A stretch of DNA of 64,000 nucleotides from Eledone cirrhosa (lineage: Eukaryota), in assembly GCA_964016885.1 (NCBI GenBank), contig OZ024746.1, positions 3,100,001-3,164,000 on the forward strand, given 5' to 3'. The notes below the pieces were generated by a model. It searched no databases and had not been told where the DNA came from. It saw only the letters and a list, made by a program, of their open reading frames with translations. Shown piece after piece: positions 1 to 13,156 of the stretch. The first letter of the stretch is position 1; each line of letters opens with the position of its first letter. A program made the position numbers and the translations under genes.

Positions 1-819
1 CTACTATATGCTGTTGTTCAAAAATTAGAATAATGGAATTTTAAAGCAAGGGAAGCTGTGACAATATTCACACATCTTAAAGCATTGACAATGTAATTAA
101 AGCGAATTGTTTTTGATCAAGAATCAAATTGGCTTTCTGTTCTTTAGCACTTGGCTTTTCAAAGTTGCTGCAATGAATATATATATTAGCTGCTTTGCAA
201 AATGCTTCTAACCTTAGTGGTCAGTTCTACACAGAGACTTTACTTCCATGCTTAACATAAACTCAGTTTACTTAGCTGCTTGTATTAAGCACATCCTTTC
301 CACAAGCTTATTTCCTTCCTTGTATACTTAAGTATGTATTGTTTCTCTCTTGTGCTTAAGTGTGTATTGTGTTTTTTTAGCCTGCAATTCTGTTCAGATC
401 AAGCAGTTTTATGATCTGAAATAATCTTTAACATCTTCTGTTCATAGTGTATCTAGGATTACATTAGCCAATCTTTTTACCTTTTTAATATGTAATGGTG
501 TGATATTGGGGCATTCTTGTTGGCTTCAGTATTTAAAGGTTATGTAAAATGATTCTGTAAAATATATTTAACATAAATCCTTTCTTTTGGGAATTTAGAA
601 ACAAGGAACAACTGAATCACTTGTTCAACACAGGGGAATTGATGCCACTGGGACAGTTGTATGTATGTGTGTGCACCACTTTGTGATATAAATACATGTA
701 CATAAATATATCCATACTTACATACACACATTCCTATATAAATACATTTACACACAAAGTTTCAACTTTGGATAATGGCTGGTGATATACTAAAATGAGA
801 TAGAGAATGAAATAGCATT

Positions 820-823
<4 letters not shown>

Positions 824-849
<26 letters not shown>
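824..849. repeat. (GA)n microsatellite
   Basis: Pure AG dinucleotide run. Confidence 0.95.
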
Positions 850-850
<1 letters not shown>

Positions 851-1390
851 ATGTGTGTAAACACATCCACCAACCGCCTCTTTCTCTTTCACACATGTGT
901 AAAAGAGTGTACATATTGGACAATGTAGTCCTACATACCTCTAAAATGACGGCAACACTTCTGTAAAATGGCCTGTGCATGCATACATGCACACATCATT
1001 ATACGTCCACATTCTACACTGGCATGGGTTGGACTGTTTGTCACAGTCCAAGATCAGGTGGGTTAGAGTAACCGCATCTTGCTCATAAATATATCTGCCA
1101 CACACATCCTTAAAAAGGGAGGTCACTTTAGAAACTGTATCCCCTGATATACAAAACAGATGGTCATGGTGGAAAGGTTTTCATCCATATGTCTCATCAA
1201 CCATGGCTGACCTAGGCAGCAATGTCTGCAAATATTTGGGGCTAATACTCAACCCTTTACCTGTTGTTACAGCCTCAGCCTTGTGTATTTCACCACTCAA
1301 CCCCTTATAAAAAACATATACTAAACAATCTCCACATATAAAAAGCCATGTCACTGTGAACATTTTATTTTTATGATAGCATTAGTAACA

Positions 1391-1574
1391 TTAACCTTTT
1401 AGCATTTAAACCGGCCAGAATCTCTCCCCTCTTTCTCTTCAAACTGGCTGTAACTGGCTGTTCATACTGATGCTAAGGTATTCTTCTTAAAATAAATATC
1501 ATTTGATATTATGTGAGATAATTATGTGAAAATGTAATAGTAAATATAGAGTAATGTAAATGCTAAAGGGTTAA
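1391..1574 (+). mobile_element. TTAA-flanked MITE, family A (piggyBac-like)
   Basis: TIRs ttaaccttttagcattta ... taaatgctaaagggttaa; four more copies in the window. Confidence 0.85.
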
Positions 1575-2509
1575 AAAAAAGTCTCTATATATTGATCTCA
1601 TAAAATCATAAGTAGTAGCTAAAGACTTGGTCATTATTTCTAAATGAATTGTCCTATTTAATTAAAGTGAAGAGGTCGTAGATGTAAAAATGTGTCAGGT
1701 AATTTAATGAATATTATATTACATTATATTCACAGTTTCATAGTAAACATTCTGAGAATTTTAATTAAGATTCCGATTATCTAGTTTTCAAACTTGGGTA
1801 GCTGAAACCTTTTAAAATAATTCTGTTGAAATTATTTTTCTGAATTTCAAATTGGTAAAATTTTAGAATTTTATGAGGACATTTTTTCTTTTCACATCTA
1901 TTTTTCACTAGGCTGAAACACATTCATGCTTTCATTAAATGTTATTAAATTTGGAGGTTTATAGTTCACAGTTGTAAGTGCCATGGCTACTGTGGAGTTG
2001 ACAAGTGATTTGTTAGCTTGTAGTATTGAGTTCACCCATGTGCAGAACAACCTCACTGATGTAAGTTAATGAGCTACTGTGCTGATTAGTTTAGTTATTC
2101 TGTTATAAGGCATGTCAAGACATGAGAATTGAAGTGTAGCTCAATAGTTAGAGAGGCAGGTTGAGACTGGTGAGCCAGACCAAGGTGTCATTTGCAGCAT
2201 TATGGACTGCCTCCAGGCCACTGGGAAAACCTCTGAGGGGTCAATCCCAAACAACATGCAGTACTGTCTAGTCAGAGTCCCCACAGTCATGCTGGGCTGT
2301 CTTTCGTTTTCCATCAATGGGGATGATGGGCTGTCCTGGCATGTGTTGTGAGGATCTGATTAAAGAATATCCATTGCTTTCTGAGAAGATAAAAGCTGGC
2401 TGTTTTAGATGTGTATTAACTCTTTAATTTTTTGTTTCTGTATGAAGCAGTCTCGGTGTAGAATTAGAGCATGAGTTATTATTATAGTTATTATTTTGTG
2501 CCTCTTAAG

Positions 2510-2703
2510 GGCGGTGGATTGGCAGTATCAGTAGTGTGTCAGACACAATACTTTGCAACATAGTTACATCCCTTTATGTTTAGAGTTCAAATCCTGCCTT
2601 ACAGGGTCGATAAAGGTAAGTACCAGTAACGTACTGGGGTCGATTTAATCAACTTTCCCTCTCCCAAAATTGTTGGCCTTGTGCCTAAACCAGAAACCAT
2701 TAT
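2510..2703 (+). mobile_element. tRNA-derived SINE, family 1
   Basis: Head ggcggtggattggcagtatc, B-box-like gagttcaaatcc, body gggtcgataaa..agtaccag, tail ggccttgtgcc..agaaaccattat; matches 19575-19791. Confidence 0.85.
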
Positions 2704-3205
2704 GTTGTGCCCCTTAGCAAGGCACATAACTCTGCGTGCTTCAGTTTGCTTTACTCTCAAAAATAGTAACAGTACAAATTGCATCCAGCTGTAAAAACAG
2801 TTGTTCCAACAAAAACTCTCCCGCCCATGAAAAAAAAAAAAGAAATAATAATGAAATCATTAACTAGCTTTTACAAAGCCACAGGAACTCAAGGCCATTG
2901 TTTAGTTCTATACTTTGTGGCATTATGTAAATAGGACAACTCTTTTACTGTCTAAGATAATAGTTGATTACTGTTACCATTCTCAGAAGCTCTTATATTT
3001 CTTACATCAACATTGTAAAGAATTGCCATGTCCACAGACCAACAAAAGACAGCCATATTTTCATTTGGGTTTTGTTTATGTTTCATTCTTTCTACATCTA
3101 TTGACCTATAGAAAGATGTTATTCAATAACTTTTCAGTGACTGGTTTCTATCCTTAAAAACTACGGTCCCCATTACTCTTAGGAACTGTTAATAAAGGAT
3201 ATATA

Positions 3206-3353
3206 TGGGCAGAGGTGGTGAGAGCAGACCTCAGATTGCTGAAACTCACCGAGGAGATGACGAAGGAACGTGACAAGTGGAGAGATGATGTGCTGAATAG
3301 GACCCGTCCAACCCTTGCAAGCAGGGAAAAGCGGACATAAAATGATGATGATG
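3206..3353 (+). mobile_element. RTE-clade LINE 3' end fragment
   Basis: Translates WAEVVRADLRLLKLTEEMTKERDKWR, then a short UTR and a (GAT)n tail. Confidence 0.75.
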
Positions 3354-3378
3354 TTCAGAATTTCATCAATCAATCAAC

Positions 3379-3552
3379 CATCATCATAGTCTTTATGTCC
3401 GTTTTTCCACGCTTGCATGGGTTGGACATGCTGCGTTTCTTCACCATCTCCTCTGTGAGTCTCAGTGATTTGAGGTCAGCTCTCATCACCTCTGCCCAGG
3501 CCTTTCTTGGTCTACCCCTACTGCACCTTCCATCCACTGGCATTTCCTGACA
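3379..3552 (-). mobile_element. RTE-clade LINE 3' end fragment
   Basis: Minus strand reads PVDGRCSRGRPRKAW (RTE C-terminal GRPRKTW motif) and ends in a (GAT)n tail; tail-to-tail with the previous copy. Confidence 0.75.
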
Positions 3553-6171
3553 CTAAATCAAAATGTTTTAAGCTTGTGTGTGTGTGTTTTAGATGTTCAT
3601 AATTTATGACATGATCGATCTTTCTGTCAATATTATCTTTTACAATAATTCATATATGATCTCTTGTTTATTATTTCATAAAATATCAATGTTTAATGAC
3701 AAAACTATTGTTTAATAGATGGAGTTTGTTACACTCAAATAATTACATATGATGTTTGTATGTGTATATATTTAGATTCCTGTTTGGTGAATGCGATTCT
3801 AAGCATATTTAATATTGTCAGATTAACTTCGACAAAAATAGCTGCAATGTCTGGATATGACTGATAGGCAGGGGTTTGTAGTGTATTATCTTCTTTCCTG
3901 GTGTGCAACATACAACATTTGGATGTTAAAACTGGCTTTTATATGTGTTTCAATGAACACAGTAGAAATAACTGGATGGCTAAGATGAAAATGTAGCAGC
4001 TTTCAGTATAACTGTAACGATGAGTGTTCCACATAAACAAGACAAAAGAAAAATCAATATTTGTCTTGTCATGATTAGAATATAAAGCTGACCGGAGAGT
4101 TAACAGTTGGTTTATGGTTCCTGTAACCAAAGTCCTGCTTTTGACATTTGATTTTTGTGTTTAGTGGTAATTTAGCTTGTGAAACCTCAGTAAAACAGAG
4201 AAAGAAAAACATTGCTGCTAAATAGTGTGTGAGAAAAATACCCATTTTCTTATGTTCTCATCTGACCTTTACATTATCTTTCAAACAAGTTGTCTTCTTT
4301 TTTTAAAATATTATTTCTTGTTTCCTTCCCTCCAGTCAGCATGTAGCTAGATAATCTGACATGCTATGATATATGCAGAGACAAACATTTTATCTGAAAT
4401 AAACAATTTTCTTTCCATTCAAAACAAAAGGCAAGATTACATACAACATACATACAGACAATCACACATGATCCTTTTACATAATCTATTACAATCATTA
4501 AAAGTTAGTTAACCATTCATTTAGCTTTTATATGTCAAAGTATTATTGCTTTTGTTTTATGATAATTTTAAAAGTTGTTTCTGAATACCAATATGAAAGT
4601 GATGATGATGGTGTGTATCTTTACTGTTCTCATTTTATATAACAATGGTGTAGATTTGCATTTATATCTACTGAAGGTTATAGTCTTTGTCAACCTAGCC
4701 CTACCTGACCTGTCAGTAGGTAGATACAAGATGATCTACTTTAAGAGTAAGGCAAGCAGTTTGTGAAAGTCATATAGTAATTGCTGCTGCCTTTTTAATC
4801 ATAAATCTTGGCTGAACACCTTTGTAATCCTGTTTGTTGAGATCTGGATTTTCTGGAGCTTAGATTGGCAAGGCCAGTAGGTTAACAGAATCATTAAGTC
4901 ATGCCTTATGGTATTTATTTATGGTTCACTGCATTCTAAGTTCAAATCTTACCAAGATCAACTAGGTTTTTTTTTATCCTTCCAAGGCCAAATCAGCTAA
5001 CCCCTTTCTCTTATACTTATGTTTCAAATGATTAAGTTTCTTACATTGACACAAGGACACAAATTTATCAGGATACCAATTTCTGACTGTTTTGAAGGTC
5101 ATATACATTTAAAATATACCAAAGAACAATAGGAAATTCGAATTTCATGTCAAAAATGAAATCAATCTAATATTCACCTCCAAAGTGAAAATATTTTAGA
5201 ATTTTGAAGTTGGTGAAAATTGACAAAATATTGACCTCAAATATAAACCAACCTCCACTTTATCATGGATTTGTAAATGGAGCCAAGGTCCTTAAATATC
5301 AGCTTATAATGTATAACTTAGTTATTTTATTAAATTCCTCCAAATGTTTGGTTATTTTCAAAGTTAATTGAAACTCATAGGCAATGTATTTCATTAGAAA
5401 TATGGCAATGAAAGGGTTAAGGGAGCATCTTGTATGATTGTTTAAAACATAAGACATGTTTGTTTCAGTAGATTGCATGTATACTTATGATTACAATCTT
5501 TACCCAGAGCCATACTGGCTGCTAAATCATTGTTGATTGTTTCCTTACATATTAGGGGTAAGGTTTTTGTGTTTGGATGGACAGTGAGATTTATTCTCAG
5601 CTAAAAGTGCATTGTAAACAAACCCATTAGATATTCAGTCAGCTGGAAGACAGTTGGAAGGGTTTTTTGTACACATAAGGCATTGAATTTGGCTTTAAAA
5701 AGAAAAAAAGTAAGCATTTGAATAGAATATAAAAGCTGTAAGTAATGTTTTTTCTATTGTAGAACAAAAAAAAGAAAAGAAAAGGATTAGCTCCTTGTTG
5801 GGAATAACCATCAAAATTTAAAAGTCATTCTTTATCTGGTCAAGCTAGAAGTATTTCTTGTGGATTTTCTATCCTATTCTTTTTTGTTCCATGTAGCAGC
5901 TGGAATTTTGTGAAAGAGAGAGAAGGGAGAGTGATCAAGCAAGCAAGCAGGGCAGAACAAGCTTCAGCATTAAGTTGTATGGACAGCTAACAGTGAACAA
6001 GGTTGAAAAGAAATGGGGAAACAGATAATTGATGATGGTAGTTGGAGTTTGGTAGCTTCAGTAATGTAGGGCTGGTAGCTTCTAAGAGCTTAAGAAGCAG
6101 ACAGCATAAAAGTGATGATGCAGGGAAAAGCGGACGTAAAATGATGATATATGTACTAAATATAAATTGAA

Positions 6172-7790
6172 AGTGTGTATTATCCTGCAATCATTTTCAC
6201 TAATTTGTCTTTTATATACGAAAAATTTATTACAAAGATGCTTGAAATTAGCTTTAAAAAATGTTCAAAAGAGCTATATGAATTTAGTGTGTTGATAACA
6301 GATGTCCAATTACATTTTTTGAGCTTGTTGAAAAGATTTAAATTTTCTTGTGTGAATATCCTCTTTTTAACCATTATTTTCTTTGATAGATTTTTTTTTA
6401 TCCCTTATTACTAAGAAGATTGGATAGTGATCACTGTTTTTTGCACAAACGATGCCAGATTTAGCATCCTGATAACTTAAATCAAAGAATATGTTGTCAA
6501 TGCAAATACTTTTTTTGGTTGTTTACACAGGTGTCATTAGTGATGGACATAAGATAACTTTGACACATTTTTTGGAAAAAGTTTCTAACCTTTGGATCTG
6601 TTTCATATGTATATAAGTTGAGATTAATGTCACCAGAAATAAATATTGGCTTCTGCCTAATAGCAATGAGTAATTTAGTTATATTTTGGTTAAAAGCTTT
6701 CATTTCCCCTTTGGTAGTCGATAAGTTTCCAGGTAAAATAGTTTTCTTTTTGGGTCTTATTACTTCAATAAATTCAGTTTCAAGGTTTTCATTACTAATT
6801 TGTAGTTCTTCCTTTTCATAGCCATCCAAAAACTTTCGTTAAATACATGCAGAAACCCCCACCTTTCATATTATATCTTCGAGGTACATGAAAATATTTA
6901 TAACCAGGTAATTCTTCTCTTGAATCTAAATCCTCTTCTCTTTTGTCTTTTGTCCAAGTTTCCTGAACGCAATAACAGAAAATTTAAAAGGAAAAATTGA
7001 TAACAGTATTTTCAATTCATCAAAATTTTTTGACAAAATTCTTATGTTAAAACTAATGACAATGAATTTTCAAATTTAAATGGGCATAAGATCTCCTCAT
7101 AAAATGGAGTGTCAATACATTTTCTGAAAGTAGTGAATTAACAAAATCATTGCGATCTATTCCATCATGCTCTGGTAAATTATTGTTTCTCAAAATATTT
7201 AATAACTCAGAAACAACTTTTGTCAGATATATCATCCGTGCTATTCATTTTTACTTTTTATGGAGAAGCTAAGAATTTTTATTGAGTCCATTAAAAAGGT
7301 AAGAAGTCGTTTGTTTAGTCTGATTCTTGCTTCAAGTTCAATATTTTCTTTATTCTTTCGTTCTTTAATCAAGGTTTTATAAGAAACTCAAGCATAAAGT
7401 TTATTTTTATGTTGTTCTTTTGCTTCAACAAATAACTTTCTTCTGATATTGACAGTCTTTTTCAAGAATTCCTTGTTTACAGTAATTCTATATTCCCACA
7501 ATTTGATTTCTCTGAACTTTTCCTAGACAGATTTACAATCATCAAAATCTAGAACCTAGCTTTGACTGCTCGCTTTTTGCCGGCCTCTTTCTTACCTGTG
7601 TGGTGACCTTGTGCAATTTTTATCTCTTTTTGTACCCCAAAAGTCTCTTTGAAGAATGTCTGTAGCTTGCTTTTGGACTCCGCCCAAGTTTCGTCACCCT
7701 TACTTTGCTTGCAGCCACTGAAACGAAGGTCATTTCGTCACAAATGATCCTCCAGCCCCGAAAGCTTTATTTCCAATATATATGTTCCCT
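6172..7790 (-). mobile_element. Decayed non-LTR retrotransposon (CR1/L2-like): ORF1 plus APE endonuclease part of ORF2
   Basis: About 7770-7400 reads LEDHL*RNDLRFSGCKQSKGDETWAES... (L1-ORF1/Tnp22-like). ORF 6497-6829 has IFISGDINLNL (GDFN endonuclease motif). ORF 6180-6374 has LKKCNWTSV..YSSFEHF. Stops and frameshifts are present. Confidence 0.75.
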
Positions 7791-9034
7791 CATGGTAACC
7801 TTACCTCACCTTAGAATATTGAGTAAAATGAGAAAATTATGTTCTTCATAGTCAGTATCAAACTTTAAAATTGGAAATTCACACAAAGCCAACAAAACAA
7901 TGTTTTTGTCCAAACAATTAAAAATATTTTATATTATAATGGTTTTGTTTTCTCTGCTTCCTTTCTATGCAAATATGGTAAACAAGTGCATATTTATTTT
8001 TCAGAAGTCTGGAAAATAAATGGAAAGTAATATTTTTATTTTATTGTAACCATTTGTTAGTTTTCAGTTAAAGTCATTTCATTAATGTACTTGAGAAGAC
8101 ATCACCACCTCCAATTTATCAATCCTAAACTGGAGTCTTTAATGTTCCATTAAAAGAAACCCAATAAATATAATAATCTTTATTTTCAGTCATTCATATG
8201 TTTTATTATTATAATGTTGATTTCTTATTGACATAAGATCACAATTTTCTTGTAGAGGTAAATTTTGTTGACCTCTGAATTATGCAAAACAAAGTCAGTC
8301 CTTAAAGGATTTGAACACTGAATGGTGGGATTAAATACCACGAGGCATGTTACCCCCAGGTTTTAACTAAAGAATTTTGTATTGATATTGTCTTCTCAGA
8401 ATTGGTTATTGGTTTATCATTCTGTGCTATTGGGATACTACATTAGACAATTGAACATTAGGTAATGACCCACTAAGATGCAGTGTAGTTGAAGTTCACT
8501 TTGCAGTCATTAGGCCACAGGTTTAATCTCACTGTGTACCATCGTACCAGTAATACACTGGAATAATTGCTGGCCTTGTGCCAAAAGTAGAAATAGTTAT
8601 TTATCATAGCCTCAGTTGTCTCATGCTTTGTGAGGGAAATTAGGTAAACAGAAACTCTTTTGAAGCCTGTCAGATGGACTACTTATAATCCAAATAGCTG
8701 GCCTTGTCACACACTGTCATGTTGAATTCCTCTGAGAATTATGTTATGGGTACACGTGTCTGTGGAATGCTAAATCATTTACTCATTAATTTCATGAGCA
8801 AGCTGTTCCATTGATCAAATAACTGGAACACACATCATTAAAACAGAGACCCATTGATTGAACTTAGTGGAGTTTTTTTATTTTATTTTATTTTTCTTAG
8901 CTTTGATCATCTTTTATATACAACGGTTCTGGGATTTGGGACTTGGACCTTTTATCTTTGCCTGTGCCATTCCCCTACCCATTATGAAATATTGTTGTGT
9001 CCTAATCTATGTTTTAGTACAGAATCTTTTAGCA

Positions 9035-9245
9035 TTAACCCTTTAACATTTACATTATTTTATATTTACTGCTATTGTAAAGGCGTTATCTCACATAATA
9101 TCAAAGCTATGAGATTTTGATGATGTTATTTATTTTGAGAATAATATCTTAACATCGGTATGATTGGCTGGTTATGGCTGGTTTGAACAGAAAGAGGTGA
9201 GAGAATTCTGTCCGGATACGATCGGTTTAAATGCTAAAGGGTTAA
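9035..9245 (-). mobile_element. TTAA-flanked MITE, family A
   Basis: ttaaccctttaacattta ... taaatgctaaagggttaa; interior is the reverse complement of 1391-1574. Confidence 0.85.
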
Positions 9246-9955
9246 ATAAATAAAAAGGAGATGAATTTCATAAATAAATGAATGGGGTGAGTGTTCTATT
9301 GAAACTGAAGGAAGTAGTTCTACATATGGTGATCAATGGAATGAAATGACACTGACCCTGATATGAGAAAAGTTCATTATAGAGCCAGTATCTTTAGTCT
9401 TTGTTGAATATCAGGCATATGAGGCCCTGCCTTTTACTGATTTGGTAAGGATTTATTGTAACGATTAGTAAAGGATCTGATTTGACATTTGTAACTTTTT
9501 TCAGTCCTTTCTGAGGTCTTGTAAATTTGCATAATCTTAGCAATTATTTTTTTTATTACCATTGACAGGATTTACATGAGGACATGACTAGTAATTTCAA
9601 TTTCTATAGTGTAGTCTTTGTAGTGGCTTAAATATCCTATCTGGGAAGTAGGGGACTGTGGGAGCTAGTGTGTTCCAAAAGCATTAGTGATAAATGACAT
9701 TGTTTCCATAACATATTTTAACAATACATATAAAGTGTGAAACTTTATATATTATTTATGCGCAATATAGCATATATCAGAAAATCTAAGATAGAATTTA
9801 ATGTAGGTACAACTACAGTTTTACATTAATTAATCATATCTTTATTGATTGCAGATTTTGCAAATTAGACAGTTATTTCAGCTAAGATCTGGTTTGTGTT
9901 TGATATATTAGCAATTTGCTATGAGTTCTCTTTGTGGGTGGAAAAGTAAGGGTAC

Positions 9956-10002
9956 TTGTCTTCTGATGAACAGCTAGTTTGCTTTGAAACATGTAAAAGC
10001 AA
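9956..10002 (+). ncRNA. Minimal type I hammerhead ribozyme (Penelope-like)
   Basis: ttgtctt-CTGATGA-acagc(tagttt)gcttt-GAAAC-at-GTA-aaagcaa: 6 of 7 stem I pairs, 4 of 5 stem II pairs, palindromic ACATGT stem III. Confidence 0.6.
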
Positions 10003-10037
10003 TCCCTATATTTTTCTGTGTAGAAAGATAATATAAT

Positions 10038-10155
10038 TGTTTCTACTTTTGGCACAAGGCCAGCAATTATCCCAGTGTATTACTGGTGCTTTATTTTATC
10101 GACCCCGTAAGGATGAAAGGCAAAGTTAGCCTCGGCGGGATTTGAACTCAGACAA
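10038..10155 (-). mobile_element. 5'-truncated SINE family 1 with 17-bp target-site duplication
   Basis: Reverse complement of the family 1 body; flanked by tagaaagataatataat at 10021-10037 and 10156-10172. Confidence 0.85.
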
Positions 10156-10972
10156 TAGAAAGATAATATAATGTATTTAAATAGTTTGCATTTTCACAAG
10201 ACTAGTTATACTTACACTATCTTAGATGTTGTAATATATACACACATGCACATATATACATACATGATCAAACACACAAGCATGAAGGTGTGTATATACA
10301 TCTTAATGTTTATGCTCTAAACCTAATATTAAGGTGTGATATTTTTTTTGTTTGTGTGTTTGTCTCTGGTGTGAAGAAAAATTTCAGTTGTTAGAACAAA
10401 CAGTTTCCCTTAAATAAAGCTGAAATATTTTCATGGAGTTTTTTCTTTTCTTATATTGTTTATCTCTTAACCAAGATCAATAGATGATTTTTATTTAAGA
10501 TTTATTTTTCAATTCTTTCAAAGCAGTTTCTATCAAATCCTCCTGTAATATTTTTTTCCTTGCTATCTTATACTTTCTAATAACATTTCTTATTCTCCAA
10601 AACAATAATTTCCTCTAAAGATTATGTTGTGAATTCTTTAAATGCTGGTCACCTAAGTAAGCTTCTTATGTTTAGATTTACCCAGCTTTTGGCATATCTA
10701 AAACTGAATAAATAAAATATAAAACTGAATAAATATTTTTAAAAATCAATTTAAAAAAAAGCATTCTTTAAATTGTTAATTTATTTAACGGATGCCTATG
10801 AAAATAATATCTAACTATTTCGTTCTCTACAATAGTCTTAGATGTTTCTTTTTCTTTAATTTTATAAATAAAATAAAATATTTATAGAAAAGCTTTTACG
10901 CTTTCAAATGATATTAAAAGCACTTTCGCTATTCATGATGTTGCTAATGTTTGTTTCTTTGCCTTCTTTTTT

Positions 10973-10973
<1 letters not shown>

Positions 10974-11010
<37 letters not shown>

Positions 11011-11021
11011 TATTATTATTA
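10974..11021. repeat. (CAT)n/(TAT)n compound microsatellite
   Basis: Trinucleotide runs seen directly. Confidence 0.95.
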
Positions 11022-12161
11022 TTGCTATCATTATTTATCACCTTTTTTCTTTTTTCTCATTCATTTGATTTCTTTGTAAACCCTGCACTTTTTGTAACCT
11101 GTCCTTGTAGTATCCTCTCTTACGGCAACACATCATCATCATCATTATTATACATTCTAGTTTCTAGTTTTCCTCTCTATAGCTATTATCTATCTTCTCA
11201 GTTTTTTTTCAAAAAACTTTTTAGATAGAAGTTTTATTGTAAAATTATTATTTCCTTATTTAGCTATTTATTTTATATTTATCCTCATTATTACTATTAC
11301 TTTTGTGTTATACTTATCCTCATTATTACTATTACTTTTGTATTATATGGGAATATATTTCTTTGTCTTTATATAACTCAGCTAAGCAATGCCTCTCATC
11401 TCCAGTATCAAAAGTGTACATAGAATATTTTAGCTGTCTCTCTCCCTCCCACCCACATTTAGTTCTGATATGACCTTTTGATATCCTTTGTGTTGTACAT
11501 CAGATTTTTGAAATTGTCTCTCACTGCTAACATTTTCATTATTATTCCTTGTTATTTAATGGAAAACAGCACATTTTCTTTTGAAGATTCAACAAACAAT
11601 AACGATAATACATACAGATGTATATATATATGTGTATATATACCCGAATATAATCCGATCCGAATATAAGTCTACCCCCTATTTTATGCCTGAGAAGGTC
11701 AAAAGTCCAAACCCTCTTTATAAGTCAAAGAAGCTAATCAACACATTGTTCAGATGATGTGGTTTTGAAATTCTCTTGAGTATAAAATATATTAATGAAG
11801 TTTTAATATTTTGATGTTTAAAGTGTCGTTTAGAATATAGTTTTGTTTCACAACTCCATTATGTAATGATTTTCCTTTAAGTTTCAACCAGTTTCTAGAA
11901 GTTTATACTTCTGGTCACTCACTGATGGGAGTAGTTTGAAAGTAAGAGATCGAATAAGAGAACATTGTATAGGGAATCATAGTAAAAGTGGGAGGGAAGA
12001 ACAGCAAGTGAGAGGAGAGGAGAGGCAGAGCAAGAAAAAGAGAAGGCAAGAGCTAGGAGAGAGAGAGCAATAAAATCAAATCAAAAGTAAGATTGAAAGA
12101 AAAAAATATTGTCCGAAAAAAATCGTGTGCACCAAAATCCAGAGAGGACTCGATAAGGGTT

Positions 12162-12202
<41 letters not shown>

Positions 12203-12204
12203 GT

Positions 12205-12460
12205 AAAAAGCCCGTAGCGCAAATATTTATTATTAGTACAGGTTAAGAGTTTAAGCAATGAATTTCTGCTTTCAATCTAAGCGGGATCATTTGAAACTGA
12301 GAAATAGCAATCTGTAGATGCAGAAGCAAATATATATATTAAAAAAAAAGACCTAATATTGCCTTTATAAAACAGGAAGACATGTTCTCTTGAGATGAGA
12401 AAAATGTATGCAAGGAGAATTACATCATTATGAGGAGCGGGAAGAACAAATTCTTGCTAT
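12205..12460. mobile_element. Older diverged copy of the fold-back element arm, between (TA)n tracts
   Basis: Aligns by eye with 12555-12800 (ccgtag.gcaaatatttatta...ctgctttca...cgggatc...gaaact...caatctgta..gcagaag). Confidence 0.7.
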
Positions 12461-12571
12461 AATATATATATATATATATATTAATAGTAATAATAATAAA
12501 TTTGAAGACTAAAATCCAAAGAGAGCTCGATAAGGATAAATATATATCAAATATATAAGAACCGTAGAGCA

Positions 12572-13156
12572 AATATTTATTAAAATAACAGATTAACGTT
12601 TAAGTAAAGAATCGCTGCTTTCACCCTTAACGGGATCTTCTGAAACTAAAAAAGTCAATCTGTAAACGCAGAAGTGAATATTTCAAAAAACATTGCAACC
12701 GGAGGAAGACAGGAAGTCAATACTTTGGTTCGTGGAAACGTTCCCTGGCAAAGAAGGGGAAAAAAACGAATATAATACGTCATTATTTGGAGCAGTGAAA
12801 AACGATTACACGCAAAGACAGAACCACGTTTATGGTATAAAAGAAGTCTCTATGAACCACCTAATAGAATATTAGTCTACGACTTCTTTTATACCATAAA
12901 CGTGGTTCTGTCTTTGCGTGTAATTGTTTTTCACTGCTCCAAATAATGACGTATTATATTCGTTTTTTTCCCGTTCTTTGCCAGGGAACGTTTCCACGAA
13001 CCAAAGTATTGTCTTCCTGTCTTCCTGTGGTTTCAACGTTTTTTGAAATATTCACTTCTGCGTTTACAGATTGACTTTGTCAGTTTCAGAAGATCTCGTT
13101 AAGGGTGAAAGCAGCGATTCTTTGCTTAAACTTTAATATGTTATTTTAATAAATAT
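12572..13156. repeat. Long fold-back (arms about 277 bp, spacer about 31 bp), probable Penelope-like terminal repeat remnant
   Basis: 12572-12848 is the near-perfect reverse complement of 12880-13156; short TA runs on both sides. Confidence 0.9.
13082..13132 (+). ncRNA. Hammerhead-like fold with variant core (CAGAAGA)
   Basis: agttt-CAGAAGA-tctc(gttaa)gggt-GAA-agca(gcgattctt)tgct-T-aaact; stems I, II and III can all form. Confidence 0.45.

Noticed and set aside
10908-11228. ORF with a signal-peptide-like start and poly-Ser/Leu
   Set aside because: Driven by the (CAT)n/(TAT)n microsatellite in AT-rich DNA.
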